Shown: positions 1 to 10,456, counted from the first letter of the stretch. The stretch is DNA of 35,578 bases from Clostridiales bacterium (GCA_021200075.1 JAJQGZ010000076.1:1-35578), one strand, 5' to 3'. Made by a program: numbers and translations. Notes: generated by a model from the sequence alone, not told the origin.

Positions 1-66
1 GCATACTATGTATTGTGTGTTTGCGTTAATTTTTAAAAAACAAACAAAATGTTGTGCCTTCAAAAG

Positions 67-103
67 GTAACAAAAGAGTAACACAATCGCACCGAAAAGT
101 CAA
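67..103 (-). promoter_or_regulatory. Putative sigma-A promoter (TTGACT-N17-TACTCT) pointing out of the window, overlapped by a TGTTAC-N5-TGTTAC direct repeat
   Basis: Minus strand: TTGACT at 98-103, 17-nt spacer, TACTCT at 75-80 preceded by TG; GTAACA at 67-72 and 78-83 on the + strand. Confidence 0.4.
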
Positions 104-178
104 TAGCTAAAATGCGGTTTTTTAAAAATATTAAGAATTAATTTATTTGTAACTTTATTATGCGCTTTATGCGATAAA

Positions 179-1553
179 TTAAATCGTATCGTGCTGATTG
201 TTATATTTTCCGCCGGTGAGAACAGCGTCAACTGCGAATATCAGTTTTTTCATATCATTATTTGATTTTAAAATTTTGCTCGGAATCGAAACGAGTGAAA
301 TAACCAGCTTGTAATAATCCGAGCTGCGGTCGTATTTTTTTGATACTGCCGTCCATTGCCGAAAGCATAACGGAGTCGACAAACGAAAGGAGCTTTTCAC
401 TGCTGAATTTTTTAACAAGAGACTCGTCTATGCTCCTGCCGAGTCCGAGGTGTTTAAGCCTTTTATAAAGCCTGCCGACGGTATCGTTTTTTATTATATT
501 CAGTATCGGGCGTGCTATGGGGAAAAACTTTGACAGCGTCTTGCCGTCAAGCTGGAGCGCCGTGAGCCTGTCCGCAAACTCCTCGGGAGTGGCGCAATCG
601 AGCAGACGGTGGATAATAGCCGTGCAGTGAGACGCCAAAAATTTCTGTGCGTCAACCTCTTTGCTGTCGAGCGTAAAGGTGTCTAAATGATCCACATCAT
701 AGGTCAGCGTCATATCGTCGTTTACCGTGACATTGACTATCGGAGCGGGATAGCCGACAAGGGAACCGACATTAACCTCGGTTATTTTGTTGCCTTTTTC
801 GGATATAAAATCGGCGGTGTTTTGAATATGCGAATGGCCGACAAACATATATCTTAGTCCTGCGTCAGCAAGTCTTGAAGCGACATATTCCCTGTTTTTG
901 ACACAGATACTGCCGCCTGTTATAAGAGGACTGATATGGGGGACAAGCAGATGATGCTCCATTCCGATAATAAGACAGCCGTCCTGCCGGGCATTTTTTA
1001 TCTGTTGCTCAATCCAGCGAAAATGCTCCTCGCTGAATCCTGCGTGGTCATTTTCGTTTTTATCGTCATTGAGTGCAAGCAGGCGAACATTGTCGGAAAG
1101 CTGAACGACATACGAATAGGTGCCGATATGGGTAATATATTCGCTCAAAGCGTCCTTTGGCCCGAAATCATAGTAAAAATCGCAGAGCTTGTCGCTCGAT
1201 ACGGTTTCAACATCATTTGTAACTATACCGCCGCTGAAGCGTCTCGGGTTGCCGTCACAGCACCAATCATGGGTTGCGGTGATAAGATAGACCTTTTTCT
1301 TTTCTTTGAGCTTATAAAGCTTTTGTTTGAACTCGATATGAGATACAAGCTCGCCGTCGTTGCTGACATCTCCGGCAATCATAACCGCCTGAGTGTCCGA
1401 TTCAGCAATCTTTTTAAAAGCGGCGTCAATGATGTCGCCCGTTTCGGCAAGGTATTTTTAGTCAGAGCCGGAGCGAAGCCAATACACTCTGCCCGTGTCG
1501 CCGAGGGTTCTGCTATAATGGTGAGTGTCCGCAATAAATGTAAGCTTTGTCAT
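179..1553 (-). pseudogene. Calcineurin-like metallophosphoesterase, disrupted
   Basis: ATG at 1553 behind AGGAGG gives MTKLTFIADTHHY (DxH motif). In-frame TAA at 1458-1460, then the same frame continues into IAGD, ATHD, EHH and VGHSH motifs. A +1 shift in the T7 run at 335-341 moves the C-terminus to the frame ending at 179. Confidence 0.85.
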
Positions 1554-1571
1554 AAAATCCTCCTAATACTC

Positions 1572-2138
1572 TTATTTTATCTATTCTATCTTATCTTTGT
1601 TCACAAAATACACATGATCGGCAATATCCATCATTGCCTTATCGTTCATAGAATCCGTATAGAAATTATCAATATGAGCGTCGGGATAAAGTTCTTTGAA
1701 TATTTTAACCTTGTTTTCGAGGAAGCACAGGCATATGAATTTCCCTGTCTTTTTATCTATTGACGATCCGACATAATTTTTAACATTCATTCTTTTCATA
1801 ATCTCGTCGAGCAAAAAATCCGTTGTGCCGGAGACGATAATATCATCGTCTTTCCTGACCTTATTGTACCAGGGCTTTATTTTCTTTTCGTTTTTATCCC
1901 AAAATTTTTTAACATCCTCTTCAAGCGAGCCTACCTGAGTATAGTATCCCTCCAAAAATCCCGCATAGGCGTCCACTGCATCCTCAACGGTGAAAAGATG
2001 GAACATATCCTTAAAGTATATTACCAGAAGCTTGGGAACATATTTTCATATTTTAGGGTCGGTTCTGACATAGTATAGGATAAAATCGACGAGGGTTTCC
2101 CTGTCATATATTGTATTGTCAAAATCGTAGACATTTAT
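1572..2138 (-). pseudogene. HAD-superfamily (IB-like) hydrolase/phosphatase, disrupted
   Basis: Frame reads (ATA)NVYDFDNTIYD (HAD motif I) from 2138; in-frame TGA at 2046-2048; later IIVSGT, ENKV and FYTDSMND motifs. TAG at 1581-1583 lies three codons before a TAA at 1572-1574. Confidence 0.82.
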
Positions 2139-2278
2139 ACATCCGCCCCCGCCTTTCTTTTATGCCGTGATTATATTTTGCCGATGTTATATTTGCATTT
2201 GCCGTCGGCATCAATCGGTGATTTTTACCCGTCGTTTTACTTTATATTCTGTATTTTATCATATATTTATAATCAATC

Positions 2279-2307
2279 TTGACAAGAAAGAAAAAACATT
2301 ATATATT
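2279..2307 (+). promoter_or_regulatory. Sigma-A promoter for nadBC
   Basis: TTGACA (2279-2284), 17-nt spacer, TATATT (2302-2307). Confidence 0.7.
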
Positions 2308-2315
2308 GGAATAAG

Positions 2316-2349
2316 TATATCCAAATTATACCTATATCCAAATTATACC
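2316..2349. repeat. Perfect 17-bp tandem duplication (tatatccaaattatacc)x2 in the nadB leader
   Basis: Copies read directly at 2316-2332 and 2333-2349. Confidence 0.9.
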
Positions 2350-2415
2350 GCAAATACGGTATTGCAATATACAGCAAATAACTCAAGGAGACAGACGGCA
2401 GTCTTGCAAAAAGCA

Positions 2416-3741
2416 ATGGACTTTAATGAATTTATAAAAACCGATGTTGTAATAGTAGGCAGCGGAGTTGCCGGGCTTTTCGCCGCACTGTGCCTGCCCG
2501 AAAGCACGGATATTCTTATTATAACAAAAGAAAATCTAAAGGAATGCGATTCATTCCTCGCTCAGGGCGGCGTATGCGTACTCAAAAGCATTGACGACTT
2601 CAACTGCTATTTTGAAGATACGATGAAAGCGGGGCATTACGAAAACGACCCCGAAGCCGTGCGTGTTATGATAGAATCCTCGCCCGATGTAATAAACACC
2701 CTTGTTGACCTGGGAATAAAATTCGACACCGACGAAAGCGGCGATTTTGACTACACAAGAGAGGGTGCGCACAGGAAAAACAGAATACTCCACCACAAGG
2801 ACGAGACGGGAAAGGAAATTACCGATACCCTGCTTGAAATTGCAAAGAAAAGAGAAAACATAGCAATCGTTGCGCAGACGACTATGATTGATTTTATCGA
2901 AAAGGATAATGTTTGCCAAGGGATTGTGTGCGAGGACGAATACGGAGAAATGAGTGCAATACTCGCCAAGAATATAATACTCGCAACCGGCGGTATCGGC
3001 GGTCTGTTTAAAAATTCAACCAACTATTCGCACATAACCGGAGATTCCTTTGCTTTGGCACTTATGCACAATGTAGAGCTGAAAGATATGAATTATATTC
3101 AAATTCACCCGCCCACGCTCTACGGCAAGAAAAAGGGCAGACGATTTTTGATAAGCGAGAGTGTCAGAGGCGAGGGAGCGATACTGTTAACCGAACATCA
3201 CGAACGCTTTACCGACGAGCTTAAGCCCAGTGATGTTGTGACGGATGCAATTGTAAAAGAAATGAACAAATTCGGCACCGACCATGTTTACATCATCCTG
3301 CCGACTATGACAACCGAGCAGGCAAAGGAGCGTTTCCCGAATATTTTTGAAGCCTGCGTCGACGAGGGATATGACATCACAAAGGACGCCGTACCCGTAA
3401 CGCCCGCACAGCACTATATGATGGGCGGAATAAAAACGGATATAAACGGCTCGACATCTATGAAATGTCTTTACGCCGTGGGGGAAACCGCCTGCAACGG
3501 AGTACACGGCAAAAACCGCCTTGCGTCAAACTCACTGCTTGAAAGCCTTGTTTTTGCAAAAAGGGCGGCGGATTTAATAGCCAAAGACAAAGGTAAGAAG
3601 AGCTTTGACTTGCCAAATATTGACCTTGCTTCCTACCCCGATAAAAAGGAGAGGGAAAAGATTTTCCGCACGCTGATAATGAATAATATTAAAGAAAAGG
3701 ACAGGGATTTTTATGATAAATGGTGTAACACTGAGGGTTAA
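2416..3741 (+). CDS. nadB: L-aspartate oxidase (short clostridial form)
   Basis: FAD-binding VVIVGSGVAG, SFLAQGG, TREGAH, LATGGIG, HYMMGG and GVHGKNRLASNSLLE motifs; overlaps nadC. ATG 2416 preferred over the upstream GTG in the ORF track. Confidence 0.93.
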   Translation: MDFNEFIKTDVVIVGSGVAGLFAALCLPESTDILIITKENLKECDSFLAQGGVCVLKSIDDFNCYFEDTMKAGHYENDPEAVRVMIESSPDVINTLVDLGIKFDTDESGDFDYTREGAHRKNRILHHKDETGKEITDTLLEIAKKRENIAIVAQTTMIDFIEKDNVCQGIVCEDEYGEMSAILAKNIILATGGIGGLFKNSTNYSHITGDSFALALMHNVELKDMNYIQIHPPTLYGKKKGRRFLISESVRGEGAILLTEHHERFTDELKPSDVVTDAIVKEMNKFGTDHVYIILPTMTTEQAKERFPNIFEACVDEGYDITKDAVPVTPAQHYMMGGIKTDINGSTSMKCLYAVGETACNGVHGKNRLASNSLLESLVFAKRAADLIAKDKGKKSFDLPNIDLASYPDKKEREKIFRTLIMNNIKEKDRDFYDKWCNTEG

Positions 3742-4570
3742 TATTGACGAATACATTATGAACGCATTAAAAGAGGACATCACATACGAGGATGTTTCCG
3801 CAAATGCGGTTATGCCGGAGGATATTGACGGCAAAGCCGACCTTATCTGCAAACAGGACGGAATAATCTGCGGTCTTGATATTTTCAAAAGAACCTTTGA
3901 GCTTTTGGACGGCAAAAGCAGATTTGAAGCGAATTTTAAGGACGGAGACTTTGTTAAAAACGGTGAACTCATCGGCGTTATATACGGCGATATAAAAACT
4001 ATTTTGAGCGGAGAGAGAACGGCTCTTAATTATCTGCAAAGAATGAGCGGTATCGCCACGATAACAAAGGAATATGCCGACGAGCTCAAGGATTTTTCCG
4101 CCACACTGCTCGACACGAGGAAGGCCACGCCGAATATGCGCCCGTTTGAAAAATATGCCGTCACCGTCGGCGGAGGAACCAACCACAGATATAATCTTTC
4201 AGACGGAGTTTTGCTCAAGGACAACCACATTTCTGCGGCAGGCTCGATAACAAAAGCCGTTGAAGCTGCCAAAACATATGCTCCTTTTGTTCGCAAAATC
4301 GAGGTCGAAACTGAAACTCTTGACCAGGTAAGAGAAGCGGCGGACGCCGGTACAGATATTATAATGCTTGACAATATGGATAACGAGACTATGAAAAAGG
4401 CGATTGAAATAATAGCCGGCAGAGCAAAAACGGAATGCTCGGGAAATGTAACGAAAAAAAGGCTGAGGGAAATCGCCGAGCTTGGGGTCGATTACATATC
4501 CTGCGGTGCTCTCACCCACTCTGCGCCCGTTATGGACATCAGCCTCAAAAACCTTGTACCTGTGAAATAA
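3713..4570 (+). CDS. nadC: Nicotinate-nucleotide pyrophosphorylase (quinolinate phosphoribosyltransferase)
   Basis: ERTALNYLQRMSGIAT, DTRK, NHRYNLSD, LKDNH, EVE and IIMLDN motifs. Confidence 0.96.
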   Translation: MINGVTLRVNIDEYIMNALKEDITYEDVSANAVMPEDIDGKADLICKQDGIICGLDIFKRTFELLDGKSRFEANFKDGDFVKNGELIGVIYGDIKTILSGERTALNYLQRMSGIATITKEYADELKDFSATLLDTRKATPNMRPFEKYAVTVGGGTNHRYNLSDGVLLKDNHISAAGSITKAVEAAKTYAPFVRKIEVETETLDQVREAADAGTDIIMLDNMDNETMKKAIEIIAGRAKTECSGNVTKKRLREIAELGVDYISCGALTHSAPVMDISLKNLVPVK

Positions 4571-4585
4571 AGCCCCGATATATTG

Positions 4586-4626
4586 AATGCCAAGAGTATC
4601 GTTTGATGCTCCCGGCATTTTGTTTT
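4586..4626. terminator. Intrinsic terminator hairpin between convergent nadC and the glycosyltransferase
   Basis: aatgccaagagtatc-gttt-gatgctcccggcatt followed by a T-rich tract; two A.C mismatches in the stem. Confidence 0.6.
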
Positions 4627-4630
4627 GTCC

Positions 4631-7600
4631 TTATTTATTACCCTTAAAGATATTTAAAAATCTTTCCTTGCGGATTTTTTTGATTTCCTCGTCAAAGACC
4701 GTTTTTACAACCGCCTTGCAGGAATCGGGATTTTCATACCCGAGATATTTTTTATTAAACGCTTTGATTTTGTCCCTGTATTTTGATGATTGTGAGCTTG
4801 AATCAAGCACAGCTTCAATAAGCGATTCGGTATCGTTCACAACCGTTCCGGGCATCTCCGCTTCATAATCGGCATAAAAACCCCGTTTAGCCGTATAATC
4901 CTTTAAATCGTAAGTGTAAAAAATCATCGGTCGCTTTAAAAGCGAATAATCAAACATAACGGAGGAATAATCCGTTATGAGAATATCGCTGATAAGATAA
5001 AGTTCCTCGGCATTTTGGTACTTGCTCATATCAAACACAAAGGAATTGTCTGCAAATTTGGAATACCCACCTGTGCAAAGATGATGAATACGGACAAGCA
5101 GTATATATTCACCGCCGAGCTTTTCGCGCATTTTATCTATATCGAGACGCATATCAAAAATTTTTTTTGTTCGCCAAGTCGGTGTGTAAAGAATTATCTT
5201 TTTATCATCTGCGATATTAAGCTTTTCTTTTATTTGGCTTACCGTCTTCTTTGAACGATTGAAAAGCTCGTCCGTTCGGGGATAACCGGTTTTTAAAAGA
5301 GTGTTGTGAAAATTGAAAATTTCCGACGCTTTTTCATCAACAAATTTACCCTGCGTAATAAGATAATCCCACCTGCCGCATCTTGATATATATTCCTTTT
5401 TCTGCTCCTCGGTCTTAAAATCGGCGGCGACATCGAGCCCCAGCGTTTTAAGCGGAGTGCCATGCATAGTCTGAATTTCAATCTGACCGTCTCTTTTTAC
5501 ATAATGACTGCTGAAATTGACATCGTTTACAAAATACTTTGCAGTGGCGAGAGCGTCAAAATATTCGGCGGAACCTCTCAAAACTCTTTTTGCATTGCCT
5601 TTAATCGGCGTGTACTCGTCCTTTAAAAACCATATACATTCAAATTCGGGATAGTTTTCGTCGATATATTCGTAAAGCGCTCTCGGATTTCCGCCGTACT
5701 TTGCGCCCCACATTGATTCAAAAACAATTTTTCTCGGCTCAATCGGCTTTTCACGAAGCTTGGGATATTCCGTAACGGCAAAAGAATTAATCTTGCCATC
5801 GGTACATTCCCTGTTTTTCCTGACGCTTTGGCTTTTAAGGCGAATAATTCCGAAAGGAGAGGTATAGATATTATTTTCCTGACCCGATACCTCAAAATTA
5901 AATATAAGATGCTTTTTGTTGAAAATTCGGCTTTCGCCGACAGTCGCCTCTTCACCGATATACTCAATAAAAATATCCCTTATGCCGGCGCTGAGATTTT
6001 TCGTAACCGAGCTGTCGCCGAAATCAATCACAAATTCGCTGTCAACGCTTGAATTTTTAACCGAGCATTGACCGTCTGCAAGGACTATTTTTTTCTGCGA
6101 CAATTCGTTGAAAACATAAAGTCGTGTGGCGACGGGCTTGTTTTGAGAATATATTTTTTCAACGGATCTGCATCTTATTTTCAGCAGATTATTATCAGGC
6201 TCAATCTCGCTTACCTTAGCGACGGCGCTGTAAAGCGAGAGCCTGACAATATGCGTTCTGTTTGACGAAACGCCGACGGTATTACCGCCTGACGAAAGGA
6301 GCTTTGCCACCGCTTTTTTGCTGAGAACATCCTTTTCCCCACAGTCGGTTAAAGCGCAAAGCGAATATGCTGTATCCTCATCAAAAGCCCCAATAGGTGC
6401 GGTATATTTGCCGCCGTTCTTTTTAAATTCGACTCTGCCGCCGTCGTTTAATTTTGCAAAAAGAGAATCCGCTTCCCTGTCAAGCTCAACTGCAACTTCA
6501 TCATTTTCAATTTCTGTATTTTCAGCAAAAATATTATCCCTTACAACATTCAAAATAATACTTTGATTGTAGGAAAATTCAAGTTTAATGAGGGTTTTGT
6601 CATCAAGCACATAGCCGAAATTATCTGTTCTTTTTGTTTCGGTAGACGGCGCACCCTCAAGGAACACACTGCCCTTATCTATTTGATTTTCATATTCCAT
6701 CAGAATATTATTCCTGCCGACAAATTCATCGCTGAGTTCAAGCTCAAGCGGATTTATGATTATTTTAAATCCGGTTGCGTCATAATTATAACGAACCTCT
6801 TTTTGATTGAATGTATCGGCTGTGATTCCCTTTGATTCGGTAAACAAGGTATTTTCAAAATACTCAACCGTCAGCGGCAGGCGTGAATTGCTTACTTCAT
6901 TATAAAGATACGCTTTTACGCTCTGCTCGCTTCTTTGCGAAACGGAAAACCTGTCGTACCACAGCCGTGCGGTAATCTCAAAGCTTCTCTTTTTTGCATA
7001 AATTTTATCGGCATATCTTTTTATCTCATACAAAGCAGTCTCGAAAACAAGACTGTTGCTTGAAATAAGATGCGAATATTTTTGCGGAAATTCCGCCTTG
7101 AAATCGCCGTTTTCCCTGTACGCCGCAAGAGATTTGTAATGGGATTTTTCAAAGCTTAAAATCTCCTTGAGAGTATCGGTATCACCGCTTAAAACACAAC
7201 TGTACTTTGCTTGGTCTATAACCGGAATTTTCCTGAAAAGCTCGGGGTCAAAATCCTTGATATATTCCCTTGTCTGCTCGACTATTTTTTGATGATTGGA
7301 TTCAAGATTAATACAGGTATTGATAAAAATACGCAAATCGACATTGAGATACTTAACCCGCTTAGCCTCGTGAAGTTCCTTTTCGCCGACATTTTCATCA
7401 AAGAATTTGTCAAACATTTTCATTATCTTTAAGCGGTCGGAGAAATTTGCAAAATCAGAAGCGTTTTGCGTAATTGATTTTGTCGCCTCGTCACGGACTC
7501 TCCACAAATATCCGTAATTTTTCACCACGGAAACATTGTTCGCAAAATAATGCATTTCAAAAGCGACGGGAATATCCTCGTACAAAATCTTTTCCGGGAA

Positions 7601-8137
7601 TTTGAAATTATGCTCCAAATAATAGTCCCGTCTGATGAGCTTGTTCCAAATGGTTGTATCGTAAATAAGATTGGTATTTTTCTTTATATGAGTAACGGAA
7701 TCTATATTTTTAAACGCCTTTTCCTGCAAAACGGATTTCCACTGCCTTGAGGAATTAAATCTCAAAACATTGCATATTGTCAAATCGCTGGAATTTTTCC
7801 GAGCAAGAGTGTACATAGCGTCATAAATTCCGTCTGCAAGAATATCGTCGGAATCGACAAACGCAATATATTCTCCCTCGGCAAGCTGTACGGCATAATT
7901 CCTTGCATAACCCACGCTGCTGTTTTTGATTTCATAATACTTGAAATAATCGTATTTCTCGGCATAAGCACGGGCGATTTCCCCGCTGCCGTCGGTCGAG
8001 CCGTCATTAACCGTAATGACCTCGATACCGTCCCTGACGCTGCCCGCATTCTGCTTTACAACACTGTCAAGGCACTGCGCTAAAAATTCCTCAACATTAT
8101 AAACCGGTATAATAACGCTGATTTTTACTGCTTTCAT
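4631..8137 (-). CDS. Bifunctional GT2 glycosyltransferase / CDP-glycerol:poly(glycerophosphate) glycerophosphotransferase (TagF family), 1168 aa
   Basis: N-terminal ISVIIPVYN, VNDGSTD, FVDSDD, YED (GT2); C-terminal FES, QTMHGTPLK, GYPRTD, YTPTWR, ITDYSSVMFDY (TagF). Confidence 0.92.
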   Translation of the reverse strand: MKAVKISVIIPVYNVEEFLAQCLDSVVKQNAGSVRDGIEVITVNDGSTDGSGEIARAYAEKYDYFKYYEIKNSSVGYARNYAVQLAEGEYIAFVDSDDILADGIYDAMYTLARKNSSDLTICNVLRFNSSRQWKSVLQEKAFKNIDSVTHIKKNTNLIYDTTIWNKLIRRDYYLEHNFKFPEKILYEDIPVAFEMHYFANNVSVVKNYGYLWRVRDEATKSITQNASDFANFSDRLKIMKMFDKFFDENVGEKELHEAKRVKYLNVDLRIFINTCINLESNHQKIVEQTREYIKDFDPELFRKIPVIDQAKYSCVLSGDTDTLKEILSFEKSHYKSLAAYRENGDFKAEFPQKYSHLISSNSLVFETALYEIKRYADKIYAKKRSFEITARLWYDRFSVSQRSEQSVKAYLYNEVSNSRLPLTVEYFENTLFTESKGITADTFNQKEVRYNYDATGFKIIINPLELELSDEFVGRNNILMEYENQIDKGSVFLEGAPSTETKRTDNFGYVLDDKTLIKLEFSYNQSIILNVVRDNIFAENTEIENDEVAVELDREADSLFAKLNDGGRVEFKKNGGKYTAPIGAFDEDTAYSLCALTDCGEKDVLSKKAVAKLLSSGGNTVGVSSNRTHIVRLSLYSAVAKVSEIEPDNNLLKIRCRSVEKIYSQNKPVATRLYVFNELSQKKIVLADGQCSVKNSSVDSEFVIDFGDSSVTKNLSAGIRDIFIEYIGEEATVGESRIFNKKHLIFNFEVSGQENNIYTSPFGIIRLKSQSVRKNRECTDGKINSFAVTEYPKLREKPIEPRKIVFESMWGAKYGGNPRALYEYIDENYPEFECIWFLKDEYTPIKGNAKRVLRGSAEYFDALATAKYFVNDVNFSSHYVKRDGQIEIQTMHGTPLKTLGLDVAADFKTEEQKKEYISRCGRWDYLITQGKFVDEKASEIFNFHNTLLKTGYPRTDELFNRSKKTVSQIKEKLNIADDKKIILYTPTWRTKKIFDMRLDIDKMREKLGGEYILLVRIHHLCTGGYSKFADNSFVFDMSKYQNAEELYLISDILITDYSSVMFDYSLLKRPMIFYTYDLKDYTAKRGFYADYEAEMPGTVVNDTESLIEAVLDSSSQSSKYRDKIKAFNKKYLGYENPDSCKAVVKTVFDEEIKKIRKERFLNIFKGNK

Positions 8138-8360
8138 AATTAGGCTCCTTCTTTTATCTCCTCAATCATTATCACCGTTAACATAATACACTAAATTATG
8201 AACATTTGCAATACTGCAATAAATTTTGTGCAAAAGCTGTGATTAAAAAGCAAGTAAAGCATTTACAATTTTAAAACTTTACATTCAGGTGAAAATATGA
8301 TATTCTATTATGGAAAAGGCTTGCAGGACAAGCACTTATTTTATGAATCGAGGTTGAATA

Positions 8361-9680
8361 ATGAATCCGTTTATTAAATTTATCAGAAAATATTGGCGAA
8401 TGTATCTTGCAAACAAACGCTCGTCAATTTCCGAAAAGAATAAAACAGACCCGGAATTTAAAAAGAAATACGAGGCAAAGCAGTTTAAAATAAAGAATAA
8501 GCTCTTTAACAAGTTTTGCGAGGAAAACGAAATAAACGAGAAAATGGTTATTTTTGAATCGTTTATGGGCAGAAGCTATTCAGACAATCCGAAAGCTCTG
8601 TACGAATATATGATAAGCAATCCCGAATTTGACGATTATACTTTCGTCTGGGCATTCAGGTCTACTCCGTCAAAAAGGTATATACCGCATCTTTCAAGAG
8701 CGACGCTGGTAAAATACAAGTCGGACAATTATTATAATTATTACAGCCAGGCAAAATATTTTGTTACAAACTCCCGTTTGCCGGATGCAATTATCCCGAG
8801 AGAGGGGCAGAAATTTATCCAAACCTGGCACGGTACTCCTCTCAAGCGTCTCGGCTATGATCTTACGGACGACACCGAGGGAGGCAACGCTCTCAACTCG
8901 CTTGATGATATGAGGCACAAGTACAAAGTTGACTCGCAGAGATACTCATATCTGCTTGCACCGAGCGCCTTTTGTACGGAAAAATTTACAAGCTGTTTTA
9001 ATCTGAAAGAAAATAATCCCGACTGCGAGATTATCGAAGAGGGCTATCCGAGAAACGATTTTCTCTCAAACTATACACAAGATGATATTACCGGAATAAA
9101 ATGGTTTTTGGGTCTTGACGAAAGCACTAAAGGCAAAAAAATAATTCTCTACGCTCCGACCTGGCGTGATAACCAGCACGAAACCGGCGTGGGATATGTT
9201 TACGACAATCCGGTTGATTTTGACTATTTGCAAAAGAAGCTTTCCGATGATTATATAATCCTGTTCAGAGCGCATTACTTTGTTGCAAACGCTTTTGATT
9301 TTGATAAATACAAAGGATTTATTTACGATGTGTCAAAATACGAGGACATCAATCATCTGTATGTTATTTCCGATTTCCTCGTAACCGATTATTCAAGCGT
9401 ATTCTTCGACTATTCCATAATGAAAAAGCCTATCATATTCTATATGTACGACTTAAAGGAATACCAAGAGGAGATAAGAGGCTTTTACTTCGGTCTTGAG
9501 GAATTGCCCGGCCCGATTGTTCAGACGGAAAAGGAATTTGTAAAAGCATTGAAGGAAGCCGACAGCAGCTTTGTATATGGTGAGAAATACAAGGCGTTCA
9601 ATGAGAAGTTCACTTCCCTTGAAGACGGCAACGCCTGCAAGCGTATCTGCGACAGAATTTTTAAAGAAGAACAAAATTAA
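8361..9680 (+). CDS. CDP-glycerol glycerophosphotransferase, TagF/TagB family (teichoic acid synthesis)
   Basis: FESFMGRSYSDNPKALY, QTWHGTPLKRLG, GYPRND, YAPTWRD and TDYSSVFFDY motifs; GAGG RBS upstream. Confidence 0.93.
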   Translation: MNPFIKFIRKYWRMYLANKRSSISEKNKTDPEFKKKYEAKQFKIKNKLFNKFCEENEINEKMVIFESFMGRSYSDNPKALYEYMISNPEFDDYTFVWAFRSTPSKRYIPHLSRATLVKYKSDNYYNYYSQAKYFVTNSRLPDAIIPREGQKFIQTWHGTPLKRLGYDLTDDTEGGNALNSLDDMRHKYKVDSQRYSYLLAPSAFCTEKFTSCFNLKENNPDCEIIEEGYPRNDFLSNYTQDDITGIKWFLGLDESTKGKKIILYAPTWRDNQHETGVGYVYDNPVDFDYLQKKLSDDYIILFRAHYFVANAFDFDKYKGFIYDVSKYEDINHLYVISDFLVTDYSSVFFDYSIMKKPIIFYMYDLKEYQEEIRGFYFGLEELPGPIVQTEKEFVKALKEADSSFVYGEKYKAFNEKFTSLEDGNACKRICDRIFKEEQN

Positions 9681-9696
9681 TAATAGATTAAATTAC

Positions 9697-9737
9697 AAAA
9701 AAGCTCGGTACCGCTTGTCGCATTGTACCGAGCTTTT
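9697..9737. terminator. Bidirectional intrinsic terminator
   Basis: aaaagctcggtac ... gtaccgagctttt perfect 13-bp stem with A/T tracts, between convergent genes. Confidence 0.8.
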
Positions 9738-9767
9738 ATTATGCCTGTATATTATTTATTATTTTGC

Positions 9768-10456
9768 CTAATCCGGCATAAATTCCTTGGAATCCCTTTT
9801 CATTGACCAGCAGTCATTTCCGCTGACAATTATATGATCGACAAAATTAATATCAAGCCGTCTGAGAGTTGCCCTGAATTCAACCGTAAACGCAATATCG
9901 TTTGCCGACGGAGTGGGGTCGCCGGACGGATGATTATGCGCCATTATAACACCTGCCGCATTGTTGCGAACTATATATTCAATCAACTGCCTCGGTTCGG
10001 CGGTTATACCCCTAACGCTGCCTTGATTGATTATATGCTTGTTAAGGACAGCGCCGTTATTTGCAAGAGTGACCAAAATCAGCGTTTCCTGCTTTTCCTC
10101 GCTGAGAGCATTGACACAGTAATTCATTGCGTCGCAAATTGTGTTCAGCTTAACAATATTCCTGTTGCGGTTAGAGGAAACCCTTTTGTTCATATCCCTT
10201 ACAGGTGAGAGGGCAACCGCCGTAATTTCGCCGACTCCTTTTACCTGCATAAGGTCATCAGGCTTGGCTTTAAGCACATTTTCAAGCGAACCGAAAGTAT
10301 TAATAAGGTCATAGGCGATTGGCTTAACATCCTTTTGAGGTATAACGGTTGACAAAAAAGCTCAAGCAAATTATGATCGGGCGCATTTTCCATACTGCCG
10401 GATAAATATGCTTCTCTTATCCTCTTTCTGTGACCGTTTCTGCCGATTTCGTCCAT
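9768..10456 (-). pseudogene. radC: RadC (JAB/MPN domain) protein, frameshifted
   Basis: N-terminal GHRKRIREAY..DHNLLELF joins LSTVIPQKDVK..FGSL..VKGVGE..AHNHPSGDPTPSAND..DHII if one base is added to the A6 run at 10354-10359. Confidence 0.88.

Noticed and set aside
2167-2415. 83-codon N-terminal extension of NadB in the ORF track
   Set aside because: Overlaps the promoter and leader; similarity to NadB begins only near ATG 2416.
9768-10456. radC/JAB gene as a marker of a mobile element or defence system
   Set aside because: Full-length chromosomal RadC type with N-terminal helix-hairpin-helix region among housekeeping genes; no integrase, E1/E2 or CBASS neighbours.
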